Shown here piece by piece: positions 27,733 through 38,118 of a stretch of DNA of 64,000 nt. The stretch lies in the IMG/VR virus record IMGVR_UViG_3300014204_000140, positions 1 to 64,000 of that record. One strand, given 5' to 3'. Under the pieces are notes generated by a model that saw only the letters and a program-made list of their open reading frames with translations, searched no databases and had not been told where the DNA came from. This DNA comes from a virus (lineage: Duplodnaviria; Caudoviricetes). A program made the position numbers and the translations under genes. Each line of letters starts with the position of its first letter. Position 1 is the first letter of the stretch.

Positions 27733-28476
27733 ATGGAAGTTATATTACGACCCCTACGCAAAAGTTCGTGGGCAGGAGTATACAATTATAAAAATTGTTC
27801 TAATTATATTGGAACATATTTAACACGTTCTGGTGCAATCTATACAGGATTAACTGATGAAGATGCCAAACGTTTAGGAGAAAAGATAGGAAAAGGATTA
27901 CATCCTTCATCTGAGTTCTGGCTTAATTTCTATATTAGAACTTCAAGTAAGGATATATATTTACATTTAGATGATCCTTGGGATGAACTTAGATATTTAT
28001 TCCTTAAAAGTCATAAAAGAGTAAAAGATGGATTTTCCGATAGAAATCCATATGCTGATTTTGTTTTAATAAATAAAGAGATAGAAGCTACAGAATCTAA
28101 TAAGATTAATCAAATTAAACGTAAAGCAATGAAAGAGTTTGATAAACTTTCATTGTCAGATATGAGAAAAGTATTGCGTTTATTTGGTCATAAATCTGAT
28201 AATTTAAGTGCAGATTTAGTTGAAAGTAAGTTATTTGATATTGTAGAAAAAGATCCATCAAAGTTCTTTGAAAAATGGATTGATAATAGTCAAAGAGAAA
28301 CTGATTATTTGATTCAAGAAGCTGTATCAAAAAATGTTATTAGACGAAACAAATCAGAATATAAATATGGAACTGATGTAATTGGACATAATCTTGAAGA
28401 TGCTATTTCATACTTAGATTCTCCTCAAAATAGAGATTTAAAAGCTATAATTATAAATGAAGTTAATAGTAAGTAA
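27733..28476 (+). CDS. Conserved crAss-like protein following MCP
   Basis: 247 aa; synteny with the crAss-like capsid module. Confidence 0.7.
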   Translation: MEVILRPLRKSSWAGVYNYKNCSNYIGTYLTRSGAIYTGLTDEDAKRLGEKIGKGLHPSSEFWLNFYIRTSSKDIYLHLDDPWDELRYLFLKSHKRVKDGFSDRNPYADFVLINKEIEATESNKINQIKRKAMKEFDKLSLSDMRKVLRLFGHKSDNLSADLVESKLFDIVEKDPSKFFEKWIDNSQRETDYLIQEAVSKNVIRRNKSEYKYGTDVIGHNLEDAISYLDSPQNRDLKAIIINEVNSK

Positions 28477-29168
28477 TGACTGTTACTGAAATGCATACAG
28501 CCTTTAGGCTACATTTAGATAAATCTACTTCTTTGGTTGGAAGTCCTGACTTCCTTCCAGAGGAGATTGATTTTTGGCTTAATGAAGCACAAGATAGATT
28601 TATTAAACAAAGAGTATTTGGAAATAACTATAGACAGGAATCATTTGAACAAGGTCAGAAAAGAATAGATGATATTAGGAATATATTAATTAATTCTACA
28701 ACTATTGTTTTGACTCAAAGTGGATTAGCAAGTAATGTAAAGGAATGTAATCTTCCAGTTAGTGATGCAACTTCTCCATATATGTTCTATATAAGTTCCT
28801 TTTTAAGTGGATCAGGTGCAATTACTATGCAAGTTAAGAATGTAGTTCAATATGAATATATAACTGAGTATCTTAAAGATACTATGAATAATCCATATAT
28901 ACGTAGACCTCTGGTTACATTTTATGGAGATAAAATAGCATTTATACATGGAGATGAATTTATTCCTACTACTTGTAATATAAGATATGTAAAAAGACCT
29001 AAGAAATTAGTATTAGGAACTCCTGGAACTTATGAAACTAATACTTGTGAATTAGCATTACATACTCATTCTGAAATAGTTATTATAGCTGTATCGTTAG
29101 TAGTAGAAAATACTGAAAGTCTTAGAGTACAAACATTTGAACAACTTAATGCCTCTAAAGTAGAATAA
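28476..29168 (+). CDS. Tail ring (tubular) protein
   Basis: EIDFWLNEAQ...FEQGQKRIDDIR...YVKRP...HSEIV; paralog of the next gene. Confidence 0.75.
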   Translation: MTVTEMHTAFRLHLDKSTSLVGSPDFLPEEIDFWLNEAQDRFIKQRVFGNNYRQESFEQGQKRIDDIRNILINSTTIVLTQSGLASNVKECNLPVSDATSPYMFYISSFLSGSGAITMQVKNVVQYEYITEYLKDTMNNPYIRRPLVTFYGDKIAFIHGDEFIPTTCNIRYVKRPKKLVLGTPGTYETNTCELALHTHSEIVIIAVSLVVENTESLRVQTFEQLNASKVE

Positions 29169-29169
29169 T

Positions 29170-29874
29170 ATGACATCTAGAGAAATGCAAATATCATTTG
29201 TTACAGAACTAACAAATAATGGTGATTTCATAACACGTAGTAAAGATTCTGGATCTTCACCTATGCCTGGATCGGATATTATATTTTACTGGATAAATAG
29301 AGCTATAGATAAATTTATAAAGACTAGATATAGTGGATTGAATATTAAGGGTGAATCATTTGAACAAAGTCAAAAACGTACAAATGATCTTAGAACTATT
29401 GTAACAGAATCTACTATTAGTACATCTAGTGCTAGTACTATAAAACCAAATGCTTATCAAGCTACTTTACCTGTTGATTATTTTTTAACAGTTGGAGAAG
29501 AAGTAGATATTCAATTTACAAAAAATACTGTATTAACAACTGTTAGAGAAGGAGTTAAACAGACCACATCGGATAGATATAGAGAAGACATAGATAATCC
29601 TTTAAGTTCTCACATTTTACATTATTATGAAGCAAGACCTTTAAGGATGTATCAAGGATCAATTGTATTATTAATATCTGATGGAAATTATACTATACCA
29701 ACTTATTATTTAAGATATATCAAAAATCCAATAACTGTAACTTCTATAGTTGCTTGTGATTTACCATTACAAACCCATTATGAAATTGTAAAATTAGCAG
29801 TGGGAATGTATTTGGAAAATACACTTAGTGACAGGTATAGTACTTATTCTAATGAAATTAATACCATGGAATAA
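29170..29874 (+). CDS. Tail ring (tubular) protein paralog
   Basis: IFYWINRA...FEQSQKRTNDLR...YIKNP...HYEIV. Confidence 0.75.
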   Translation: MTSREMQISFVTELTNNGDFITRSKDSGSSPMPGSDIIFYWINRAIDKFIKTRYSGLNIKGESFEQSQKRTNDLRTIVTESTISTSSASTIKPNAYQATLPVDYFLTVGEEVDIQFTKNTVLTTVREGVKQTTSDRYREDIDNPLSSHILHYYEARPLRMYQGSIVLLISDGNYTIPTYYLRYIKNPITVTSIVACDLPLQTHYEIVKLAVGMYLENTLSDRYSTYSNEINTME

Positions 29875-29882
29875 GTTAAGAA

Positions 29883-29995
29883 ATACACTCAGGTTCAACG
29901 TAGAAACGCCATAGTTTACTATGATAACCAAGAGCGGAGTAGAAGAGCCTGTACATTAATACAATGTACATTCCTTCAATCCACCGAAGTGTATA
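29883..29995 (+). ncRNA. Structured RNA element before the auxiliary capsid gene
   Basis: TACACT/AGTGTA, CAGGTTC/GAGCCTG (G-U on plus), GTAGAA on both sides of an internal loop, CATAGT/ACTATG, TGTACATT/AATGTACA. Confidence 0.6.
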
Positions 29996-30024
29996 TATGT
30001 ATTAATAAAATAAAATAAAATAAA

Positions 30025-31038
30025 ATGATTAATAGAGTAAATAAAGTTTTAATAGGGAAAGATATTTCCCGAACTGCTGCACTTACTGCTGCTACTCTTT
30101 ATACTGGTACAAATGGTCCAGCCGATGGAGAAGTTATAGTTCTTGATAAGAACAAGAAACTTCTTAGTTCGGGTGCGACTACAGCTGATACTGATACCAT
30201 TTATATAGCAGAAGCTATTGGAGATACTTATACTTATGTTACGGAAGGTACAGGTACTAGTGTTACTGGTGTTAGGAGATTGATTCTTTCTGATCTTATT
30301 GTTGGAACTGATGTAATTGGTTATAGAGGTAGAGCTTATTCTGCAATTGTAGAACAAGTTGTAACTGTTACACCTAGTCTTACAGTAGTTGCAGGAACAG
30401 AGTATGTTATTCGTATCGTGTTTACAGATACTAGAGAACATCCTGGTCAGGTAACTTCTACTTATAGGGTTATAGCAAATACGACTGCTACTGTAGCAGC
30501 TTTGATAGATCAGTTTGTTGCTAAGATTAATGCAGATACTCATAGACGAGTAAATGCAACTGATGGAACTACTTATCTGACACTTACTGCACGTGCTTTA
30601 CCATATGATACAACTGATAGTGTAAATGCACTTGATGCTTATCAGCAAGTTAATTTTAAAGTATTCTTGACTTCTAACAATTTTACTACTGCTACAACTA
30701 TAGTTTATACTACTGCTCCTTTCCCAGGAAATGGAACATGGCAGAAAGTACGTGATGCTGAACAAGCTCAGTTAGGTTATAGAGGTGTTCATAGTTTAAT
30801 TGCATTTCCGTATACTGCTCCTACAATGAGAGTAGTTAAGGATGAAACTTATGATTGCATAGTTATCGAACATAATGTACCTTATCAGTCCCCTGATAAT
30901 CAGTATGTTAAAAAAGCTCCGGTTACTACTGAAATTTATATTCCTAATACAATTAGTTCTAATCAGATGACTGATGTATTAACTGTATTAAATCCTTGGA
31001 TGGAATCTGCCGGAGGATTTAGTGCTATTTCTTTCTAA
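30025..31038 (+). CDS. Auxiliary capsid (decoration) protein, putative
   Basis: 337 aa, T/A/V-rich; position after the ring genes as in crAss-like phages. Confidence 0.65.
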   Translation: MINRVNKVLIGKDISRTAALTAATLYTGTNGPADGEVIVLDKNKKLLSSGATTADTDTIYIAEAIGDTYTYVTEGTGTSVTGVRRLILSDLIVGTDVIGYRGRAYSAIVEQVVTVTPSLTVVAGTEYVIRIVFTDTREHPGQVTSTYRVIANTTATVAALIDQFVAKINADTHRRVNATDGTTYLTLTARALPYDTTDSVNALDAYQQVNFKVFLTSNNFTTATTIVYTTAPFPGNGTWQKVRDAEQAQLGYRGVHSLIAFPYTAPTMRVVKDETYDCIVIEHNVPYQSPDNQYVKKAPVTTEIYIPNTISSNQMTDVLTVLNPWMESAGGFSAISF

Positions 31039-31055
31039 TTTAAAAATAATTAACT

Positions 31056-31445
31056 ATGAATAAGTTTAATGTTAAGAGAACTGGTGTTGGTCGTTTAACA
31101 CTTAGTAATGCAGCTACAACTATTAATACTGGTGTATATATTCCTAAAGGAGCTATTATAACTGGTATTACATGGTGTTCAGGTGATGCTGTAACTATTT
31201 CAGCTACGACTTTAGCAACTGGTCAATGGAGATGTGGTACTGTTGCATTATGTGCCACTCTTAACTTAAGTGTTATTGGTGCTGCTTCTGTACCTACTAC
31301 TACTGCATTAAGTGCTGGTAGATTAGTTGGTGACAATAGTCTAAATAACCAAATCAACTTCATTTGTGGTTCTAGTGTTAGCACTGGAGTAACTGGAAGT
31401 TATGATGTCTATGTAGATTATCTCTATGTAGCAGAACATGAATAA
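31056..31445 (+). CDS. Small beta-rich virion protein (head fibre/decoration-like)
   Basis: IPKGAIITG...G.YDVYVDY pattern. Confidence 0.55.
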   Translation: MNKFNVKRTGVGRLTLSNAATTINTGVYIPKGAIITGITWCSGDAVTISATTLATGQWRCGTVALCATLNLSVIGAASVPTTTALSAGRLVGDNSLNNQINFICGSSVSTGVTGSYDVYVDYLYVAEHE

Positions 31446-31451
31446 TGATTT

Positions 31452-31487
31452 AAAGGGTGGATCTAAAACATCCACCTTTTCTTTTTT
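31452..31487 (+). terminator. Intrinsic terminator
   Basis: AAAGGGTGGAT-CTAAAAC-ATCCACCTTTT followed by CTTTTTT. Confidence 0.85.
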
Positions 31488-31512
31488 AATATTAAATCTA
31501 GTCTAATAAACT

Positions 31513-32232
31513 ATGGAATTAAGAATATTAGGTGATAATACACCTGGTCTACATAATAGCGATCTCGGAAAGTCGATTGATCGAGTAGACAAATCAAAAA
31601 TGTATGAAGATTTATCAACAATTATAATTTGTCCAACTAGAGGTATATTTCCAACAAGGGTTGTTCAATCATGGATGAAGTTATTAAAACCAATGAATCA
31701 ACTTGTAGCTGGTCCTATTTTTGCAGAAACTATGAAGGTTGATGCAGCCTACAATGCGTTAATAAAATATATTTTAGATAATGATTATCTTAAAACTTTT
31801 AGATATATACTAACAATAGAAGAAGATAATTTACCACCAGTAGATGGTTTACTTAAGTTATATGAAAATATGGATAAGTATGATGTTATTGGTGGATTAT
31901 ATTGGTCTAAATCAGTAGACGGTTTTCCAATGATATTCGGAGATCCTGATGGTGATCCTTTAGATTCTAAACCAAGAGTTCCTAAACACGGAGAGTTAGT
32001 TCCAGCAAATGCATTAGGAATGGGATTTAATTTATTTAAGTTAGATATGTTTAGACATATTGAAGAACCTTGGTTTCAAACAGAAGAAGGTAGAGATGAA
32101 AATGGTGCAGTTAAACAAATGACTCAAGATTTTTATTTTTATAGGAAAGCTGCTAAATTAGGATTTCGGTTTGCATGTGATTGTAGAGTTCTTGTGGCTC
32201 ATTTGGATGTCAAAAATGATATATTATACTAG
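31513..32232 (+). CDS. GT-A fold (GT2-like) glycosyltransferase
   Basis: IIICPTRG, YILTIEEDN (DxD-like), DVIGGLY, GMGFNLFK, TQDFYF...GF...VAH. Confidence 0.75.
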   Translation: MELRILGDNTPGLHNSDLGKSIDRVDKSKMYEDLSTIIICPTRGIFPTRVVQSWMKLLKPMNQLVAGPIFAETMKVDAAYNALIKYILDNDYLKTFRYILTIEEDNLPPVDGLLKLYENMDKYDVIGGLYWSKSVDGFPMIFGDPDGDPLDSKPRVPKHGELVPANALGMGFNLFKLDMFRHIEEPWFQTEEGRDENGAVKQMTQDFYFYRKAAKLGFRFACDCRVLVAHLDVKNDILY

Positions 32233-32236
32233 GACA

Positions 32237-32812
32237 ATGGAACAAATTTTTAAGGAATATCAAGAGAAATATGGTAGGATTTGTATAGATCTTGCTTGTG
32301 GGAATAGTAAAAAAGATGGATATTTAGGAGTAGATAAAGTAGAAACAAGTAGTACAGATTATATATTTGATTTACAAACATATCCTTGGCCAATAGAAGA
32401 TAATAGTATTGATGAAATTCATTGTTCTCATTATGTAGAACATATACCTCACGATATTAAAAATCCTAATGATGATAGAGATGGGTTTATTCAATTTTTT
32501 GATGAAGTATATAGAATACTCAAAGTAGGTGGTAAGGCTACAATTATAACTCCATATTATACATCAATAAGAGCAATCCAAGATCCTACTCATTGTCGTT
32601 CGATTAGTGAAGCTACCTATTCTTACATCAATAAAGAATGGAGAGAAAAAGTTAATATGTCTCATTATGGAATGAAGTGTGATTTTGATATTAGATATTC
32701 ATTTTATGTAACTAACGAATTAATATTAAAATCAGAAGAAATTAGAAATCATGCATTCAAATATGATTGGAATACAGTTGATGATATTATAGCTGAAATT
32801 ATAAAAAGATAA
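32237..32812 (+). CDS. Class I SAM-dependent methyltransferase-like (start likely MEQIFK)
   Basis: IDLACG, GVD, WPIEDNSIDEIHCSHYVEHI, EVYRILKVGG, DPTH. Confidence 0.85.
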   Translation: MEQIFKEYQEKYGRICIDLACGNSKKDGYLGVDKVETSSTDYIFDLQTYPWPIEDNSIDEIHCSHYVEHIPHDIKNPNDDRDGFIQFFDEVYRILKVGGKATIITPYYTSIRAIQDPTHCRSISEATYSYINKEWREKVNMSHYGMKCDFDIRYSFYVTNELILKSEEIRNHAFKYDWNTVDDIIAEIIKR

Positions 32813-32897
32813 TAAAATACAAAATGAGTGGTAAAATTATTTATGGTGGTAGTACTCCTATAATAAATAAAGATATAATAATATAAAAATATAGAAT

Positions 32898-33530
32898 ATG
32901 GCATTAACATTAGATTTATCTACTATAGAACAAAATGATGGCAAATTAATAACTTTTACAGATACATCAACTGGTTGGGGAACTGGTGGAGATCCAAGTT
33001 ATACTATTATAGAAGCATATACTACTCAAACATATGCTTTAACATTAGATATAACTATAAATACTCCTACTGGAATAACTGTATATGATACTATAGATTT
33101 ATACGGAAAAGGATTAGCTACTCCTTTTACTGTTCAATCTGATTTAGTATTTGCATTAGATGCTAGTATGATATTTGATAGTGCAGTAGCTCTAGGAACA
33201 TCTGCTACTCTATTACCAGATGGTATATGGGATATAGTTTACAAAGTACAACATTATACAGGTTCTGCTTGGACTACTATTACTAGCAAAATTGAATCAT
33301 TATTAGTATATGGGCAGGTAAAGAAAGATGTATATGATAAATTAAGATTAGTTCCCAGGTGGACAGAATCGGATGTCAATAAATATAGAGATATTCAAGA
33401 GGCTGGTTACTATTATACTTATTTACAATCTATAGAAAAAAGTGCATTTATAGCACGAAAAGAAGAGTTGTTACAAATGTTAGAAACACTACAAAGACTA
33501 CTCATTAATGGAAGTAATTACCCTTGGTAA
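32898..33530 (+). CDS. Putative tail hub / fibre adaptor
   Basis: ITFTDTSTGW...LPDGIWDIVY; directly precedes the fibre genes. Confidence 0.5.
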   Translation: MALTLDLSTIEQNDGKLITFTDTSTGWGTGGDPSYTIIEAYTTQTYALTLDITINTPTGITVYDTIDLYGKGLATPFTVQSDLVFALDASMIFDSAVALGTSATLLPDGIWDIVYKVQHYTGSAWTTITSKIESLLVYGQVKKDVYDKLRLVPRWTESDVNKYRDIQEAGYYYTYLQSIEKSAFIARKEELLQMLETLQRLLINGSNYPW

Positions 33531-35430
33531 TCCTTTTTTGGAGGATTATGGAACACTAACACCAATAGTTGTTCCTTCATATGAAGCTGAAGAAGCTGTT
33601 ATTGAGTTAACTACTGGATACAATCCATATATTATAAATGGATCTGGTGGTGATTCATATTGGACTAAATCAACAGTTACTACTTTAAATCCTATCTTAA
33701 CTACTGATAAAGTAGTTATCGGTGGGGTTTCTTTTTTAGGTACTGAAGTATTTAGAGTAGTAGGAGGAGCAAATATTACTAGATTAACATTTGGATCTGA
33801 GTCTACTTATATAACTAGTGTAAAAGATGAAGATACATTAGTATCTAATGATGCACATGCTATACCTACACAACAATCAGTTAAAGCATATGTAGATAAT
33901 GCAATAACTACTGGATTACAACCTGGAGATAATATATCTCTTTTAACAAATGATGTACCATACTTAATAACTGAAACTGATCCTATTTTTGTAGCATCTC
34001 CTGCTTATACTGTAACTAGTACTCAAATAACTCATTGGGATACTGCTTATGGTTGGGGAAATCATGCTTCTGCCGGATATTTAAGTATAGAAAATGATCC
34101 TATATTTACAGCTTCTGAAGCTTATTTAATTACTACTACAGATACTACTAATTGGGATACAGCATATACTAATAATCACACCCATGTTAATAAAACATTA
34201 TTAGATTCATTAATTTCTTCTGGAGCAGGAACTTCTGCATTAATGAATGATGGTACGTATAAATCTATTGCTATTATAGCAGGATCAGATACATACGTAC
34301 AATTTAATGATGGTGGAATATTTGGAGGAGATTCAACATTTATATTTAATAAGACTACAAATAGATTAAGTGTTGAAAATATAACAGTTACAACTAATTT
34401 AGATTTTAATGTTACACCATCTACAACTTATATATATGAAGATGGTAGTTCTAATTTAACATTTGTAGATTCTGTTTCTGGATCTGCTACATTAGCGGAT
34501 CTATTAGGAGCTGGAACATCTTTTACGTTTACGTCCCCAACAGGATGGATTGAAACTTCTTCTACAGTTGGTGGTATACCAGCAGGAACCCCGGTAGCTT
34601 CTTTAAATGGACAAACATTAGTTGCTATATTACGAATGATGTTATTTTCAACTCCATCTAATCCTATATTTGTCATTCCTACTGAAACTATAGTATTAAC
34701 AGAAGGAACTCCTGTTAATTTTAATGGATTATATGTAGAAAGAGGATCTACTTCAATAATGACTATAGTTGGAACATTTGTTAGTACGAATGGTCCTGGT
34801 GGAAAAGCATATGCATTATTTGATGGTGCTGCTACATATGAATTAAATGATACTGCATTTACTAATCCTAGTAGTGTTACCTTTACTTCCGGAACTTATA
34901 AATTTGAAGTAAATCAAGTATTTAAATCTAATGGGTTGGGAGAGGCAGATCCTGAGTTTGTTGTTTTATCAAATGGAGCAACTGTATACGCAAATGATTA
35001 TACTGGATATGCTCCAGGAACTGCCACTAATACAAAAACATATACTGCTGTTGATCCTATATATTATGGAGCATTTACAGCAGGTACATCAGATTACAAT
35101 ACAGTACCTACTTGGAGTGAAATTACAACTGGTTGTACTAAACTTATATCAATAGAACCTACAATTCTTACAGTAAATATTACTACTTATTCTGGAACTG
35201 TAAATACTCATGAATATATTTGTGTTGCTTATCCTGATTCATATGGATTATTATCACATATATATTATGTAGAAGGAGGTAATAATGATGTCATTAGTTC
35301 TTTCTTAAATACTACAGAAACTTATACTAGAACTGATTCTACTACAGTTACTTATAGAGTATATTATGCGTTAAATAGTTATTCTGGAGAAACTACTCCT
35401 AGAACATTACATTATACAATTACATTTTAG
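33508..35430 (+). CDS. Tail fibre-like protein
   Basis: T/G/S-rich; IPTQQSVKAYVD, repeated ETDPIF/ENDPIF...WDTAY, GSDTYVQFNDGG. Confidence 0.75.
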   Translation: MEVITLGNPFLEDYGTLTPIVVPSYEAEEAVIELTTGYNPYIINGSGGDSYWTKSTVTTLNPILTTDKVVIGGVSFLGTEVFRVVGGANITRLTFGSESTYITSVKDEDTLVSNDAHAIPTQQSVKAYVDNAITTGLQPGDNISLLTNDVPYLITETDPIFVASPAYTVTSTQITHWDTAYGWGNHASAGYLSIENDPIFTASEAYLITTTDTTNWDTAYTNNHTHVNKTLLDSLISSGAGTSALMNDGTYKSIAIIAGSDTYVQFNDGGIFGGDSTFIFNKTTNRLSVENITVTTNLDFNVTPSTTYIYEDGSSNLTFVDSVSGSATLADLLGAGTSFTFTSPTGWIETSSTVGGIPAGTPVASLNGQTLVAILRMMLFSTPSNPIFVIPTETIVLTEGTPVNFNGLYVERGSTSIMTIVGTFVSTNGPGGKAYALFDGAATYELNDTAFTNPSSVTFTSGTYKFEVNQVFKSNGLGEADPEFVVLSNGATVYANDYTGYAPGTATNTKTYTAVDPIYYGAFTAGTSDYNTVPTWSEITTGCTKLISIEPTILTVNITTYSGTVNTHEYICVAYPDSYGLLSHIYYVEGGNNDVISSFLNTTETYTRTDSTTVTYRVYYALNSYSGETTPRTLHYTITF

Positions 35431-35432
35431 TT

Positions 35433-38114
35433 ATGACTAGAATACCATTTCCTTTAGGATTTAAAATAGTTGAAACATCAGGAACTACAAATACTGGAAT
35501 TGCAATAGACGATAGACAAGTATTTGCTTCTAGTAGTGATAGAACAGCTTATGATAGTAATTTTTTCTATGAAGGATTATTATCTTATACTATAGGATTA
35601 CCTTATCATGTTTCTGGAGTTACTAGTGATGCAGGATTTTATTATAGAAATAGTGCTAATACATGGACTGGTTTTAATTCTGATACTATAGATGATAAAC
35701 ATGCAAATGGTACTATGGATAGTACTAGTGTTGCTGAATCTGATCCTACTACTGGAACAAATATAGTAAATCATATTAATTACTTATATACATTAAATTC
35801 TGCGTTGAGTACTGGACGTACTTGGAAAGAACCAGTATTAAATGTTACAACCACTATTCCAGGATCTCCAACTGCTGGAGATAGATATGCTATTAATGGT
35901 GTTGGAACTGGAGATTGGACTGGACATGATGGAGATATTGCTATTTTTACTACTATATGGACATTTGAAGATCCATCAGTTGGTTGGGCAGTATTAAATC
36001 TTACAGATGGTAAGATTTATAGTTATGTAGCCTCAACTTCTTATTGGATTCAAACTAGTTCAGATTTACCGATTTTATCTGGATCTGTAGATGGTATTGT
36101 GAGTCATACATGGTATACAGATTTGTATGATGTAGTTACAAACACATCTAATTATTTAAATAAAAGTGTATTTGGTTATGTAGTTGTAGAAAATGATGGA
36201 AGTCCTACAACTGGATCTCCAGTTACAGCTACCATACAACAAGATTCTTTTACTATAAATACAGTTGGTGGATTAACATCTACTATTTCTGGAAAGATAA
36301 TTACAATAGATGGATCAGGATTAGGAACTCCGAGTAATGCTAGTTTTTGGACATCAAAGTCTGAATCTGGATTATCTAATGAAGTTAATATTGGAGCATT
36401 AACTACTGGATTAGTTAAAATAACTGTATCAGGTGGAATTGCTACTCCTACTACTGCTATAGCAGGGACTGATTATCAATCACCTATTACTGTAATTAAT
36501 GGATTAAATTCTCCATATCCAGGTACTATAATTAGATTAGGTGGAAACTTAACTGAAAATACAAGTATAACTCTTGGATCATATAATGCTGTATTTATAG
36601 TTGATAGTACTGGTATATTTTCAGTTGGAAGTTTACGTACAGGAGGAATAGTAGTTACTACCACTGGTGGATTTACAACTGAAACAATTGGTAGTTCTGG
36701 TGGAGGATATTTTGCATTTAGTAGTACAGGAGTTAGTTTTATTAGTAGTATTGCATTAGGTGGAATAAAATATTCTGGAGATTATTCATCTGGATTTACA
36801 GATAGATCTTTAGTTGATAAAGCATATGTTGACAATAGAGTGGGAGGAAGTGATGGTTATGTTCAATATAATAATACAGGAATATTAGATGGAGATAGTA
36901 CATTTTTCTTTAATAATTCTAGTAAGATATTGTATGTAGATTATTTAACTATGCAATATAGTTTAACTTTAGGAAGTTCTGTAATTTATACTAACACTGG
37001 AAATTTAACATTTTACGATACAGTAATAGGAACTGTAACATTATCAGATTTACTTAATAGTGGAGGAGTTACACCAGTTGATGATATACTAGACTGGTCT
37101 ACAGATAAATATATTCCATATACATCACAGACTGCTGGATGTTTTGATAATAGTTCTACTAATCCAATTCATACTAATAGACTTAATTATGATGGAAACT
37201 TTTATGCTCATGAAATACATGGATTTACATCCACTACATTTGGAGTATTTGGGTTTGCGTCATCTTCTGGTGCTGGCGTAAGTGGAGCATCAATTACAGG
37301 TGCAGGTATATCTGGTAGTAGTGGAAGTGGATATTTAGGAGAGTTTGTTCATTCTGTAAATACAACAAGATCAAATCCATATATATATATAAGTAAGGAA
37401 ACCACAGGAACTGTAGATGATACTAGTAATATTATATATATAAATGATAATCCTGCAACTTCTGGAACTATATCTGGATCAGTTTTAAAAGTAACAGTTG
37501 TATCAACTGTAAGAATAGATATGAATCCTCGTGTTGCAGCAACTGGAGAAAGTGCTTACATTTTAGATACTCATAATGCTCTCACAACTTCTAATATACT
37601 AAGTTTAAGAAATCAAGGAGTGGCTAAAAACTATATAACAAGTTCTGGTAAAAATCTTTATACTGCTGGAACATCTAGTACATTTGTTATAACTCCTGGA
37701 ATAATAAAAGATTTCTATACTGATGCTTCTACAAGTGGAACTGGAGAAACTGATTTATATAGTTATACAGTTCCGGCAAATATATTAGCAACTAATGGAG
37801 ATAAACTGTTAGGTTATTATATAATTAATTCTTCAGCAAATAATTCTATAGAAGTATATTTTGCAACTTCATCTATAGGTTTATTAGATATAGGTACAAA
37901 TACGTATAAAGTAAATTTTGAAATAATAAGAGTTAGTTCTACTGTTGCTAGATGCAGTGTTTCTATGGGAAATTATCAAAATGTATTTTATACAGAACTT
38001 ACATCTAAAGATTGGACAACCACTAATATTTTAAAAGTTACAGGAACAGCATTAACTGGAACTGTAACAGCAAGATTCGGATCAATTGAATACAAACCAG
38101 CAGCAATAAATTAA
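35433..38114 (+). CDS. Mosaic tail fibre protein with DUF2793-like module
   Basis: PGSPTAGDRYAI..GTGDWTGHDGDIA..WTFEDPSVGW; T/G/S-rich; shares fibre motifs with the previous gene. Confidence 0.75.
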   Translation: MTRIPFPLGFKIVETSGTTNTGIAIDDRQVFASSSDRTAYDSNFFYEGLLSYTIGLPYHVSGVTSDAGFYYRNSANTWTGFNSDTIDDKHANGTMDSTSVAESDPTTGTNIVNHINYLYTLNSALSTGRTWKEPVLNVTTTIPGSPTAGDRYAINGVGTGDWTGHDGDIAIFTTIWTFEDPSVGWAVLNLTDGKIYSYVASTSYWIQTSSDLPILSGSVDGIVSHTWYTDLYDVVTNTSNYLNKSVFGYVVVENDGSPTTGSPVTATIQQDSFTINTVGGLTSTISGKIITIDGSGLGTPSNASFWTSKSESGLSNEVNIGALTTGLVKITVSGGIATPTTAIAGTDYQSPITVINGLNSPYPGTIIRLGGNLTENTSITLGSYNAVFIVDSTGIFSVGSLRTGGIVVTTTGGFTTETIGSSGGGYFAFSSTGVSFISSIALGGIKYSGDYSSGFTDRSLVDKAYVDNRVGGSDGYVQYNNTGILDGDSTFFFNNSSKILYVDYLTMQYSLTLGSSVIYTNTGNLTFYDTVIGTVTLSDLLNSGGVTPVDDILDWSTDKYIPYTSQTAGCFDNSSTNPIHTNRLNYDGNFYAHEIHGFTSTTFGVFGFASSSGAGVSGASITGAGISGSSGSGYLGEFVHSVNTTRSNPYIYISKETTGTVDDTSNIIYINDNPATSGTISGSVLKVTVVSTVRIDMNPRVAATGESAYILDTHNALTTSNILSLRNQGVAKNYITSSGKNLYTAGTSSTFVITPGIIKDFYTDASTSGTGETDLYSYTVPANILATNGDKLLGYYIINSSANNSIEVYFATSSIGLLDIGTNTYKVNFEIIRVSSTVARCSVSMGNYQNVFYTELTSKDWTTTNILKVTGTALTGTVTARFGSIEYKPAAIN

Positions 38115-38118
38115 TTAT

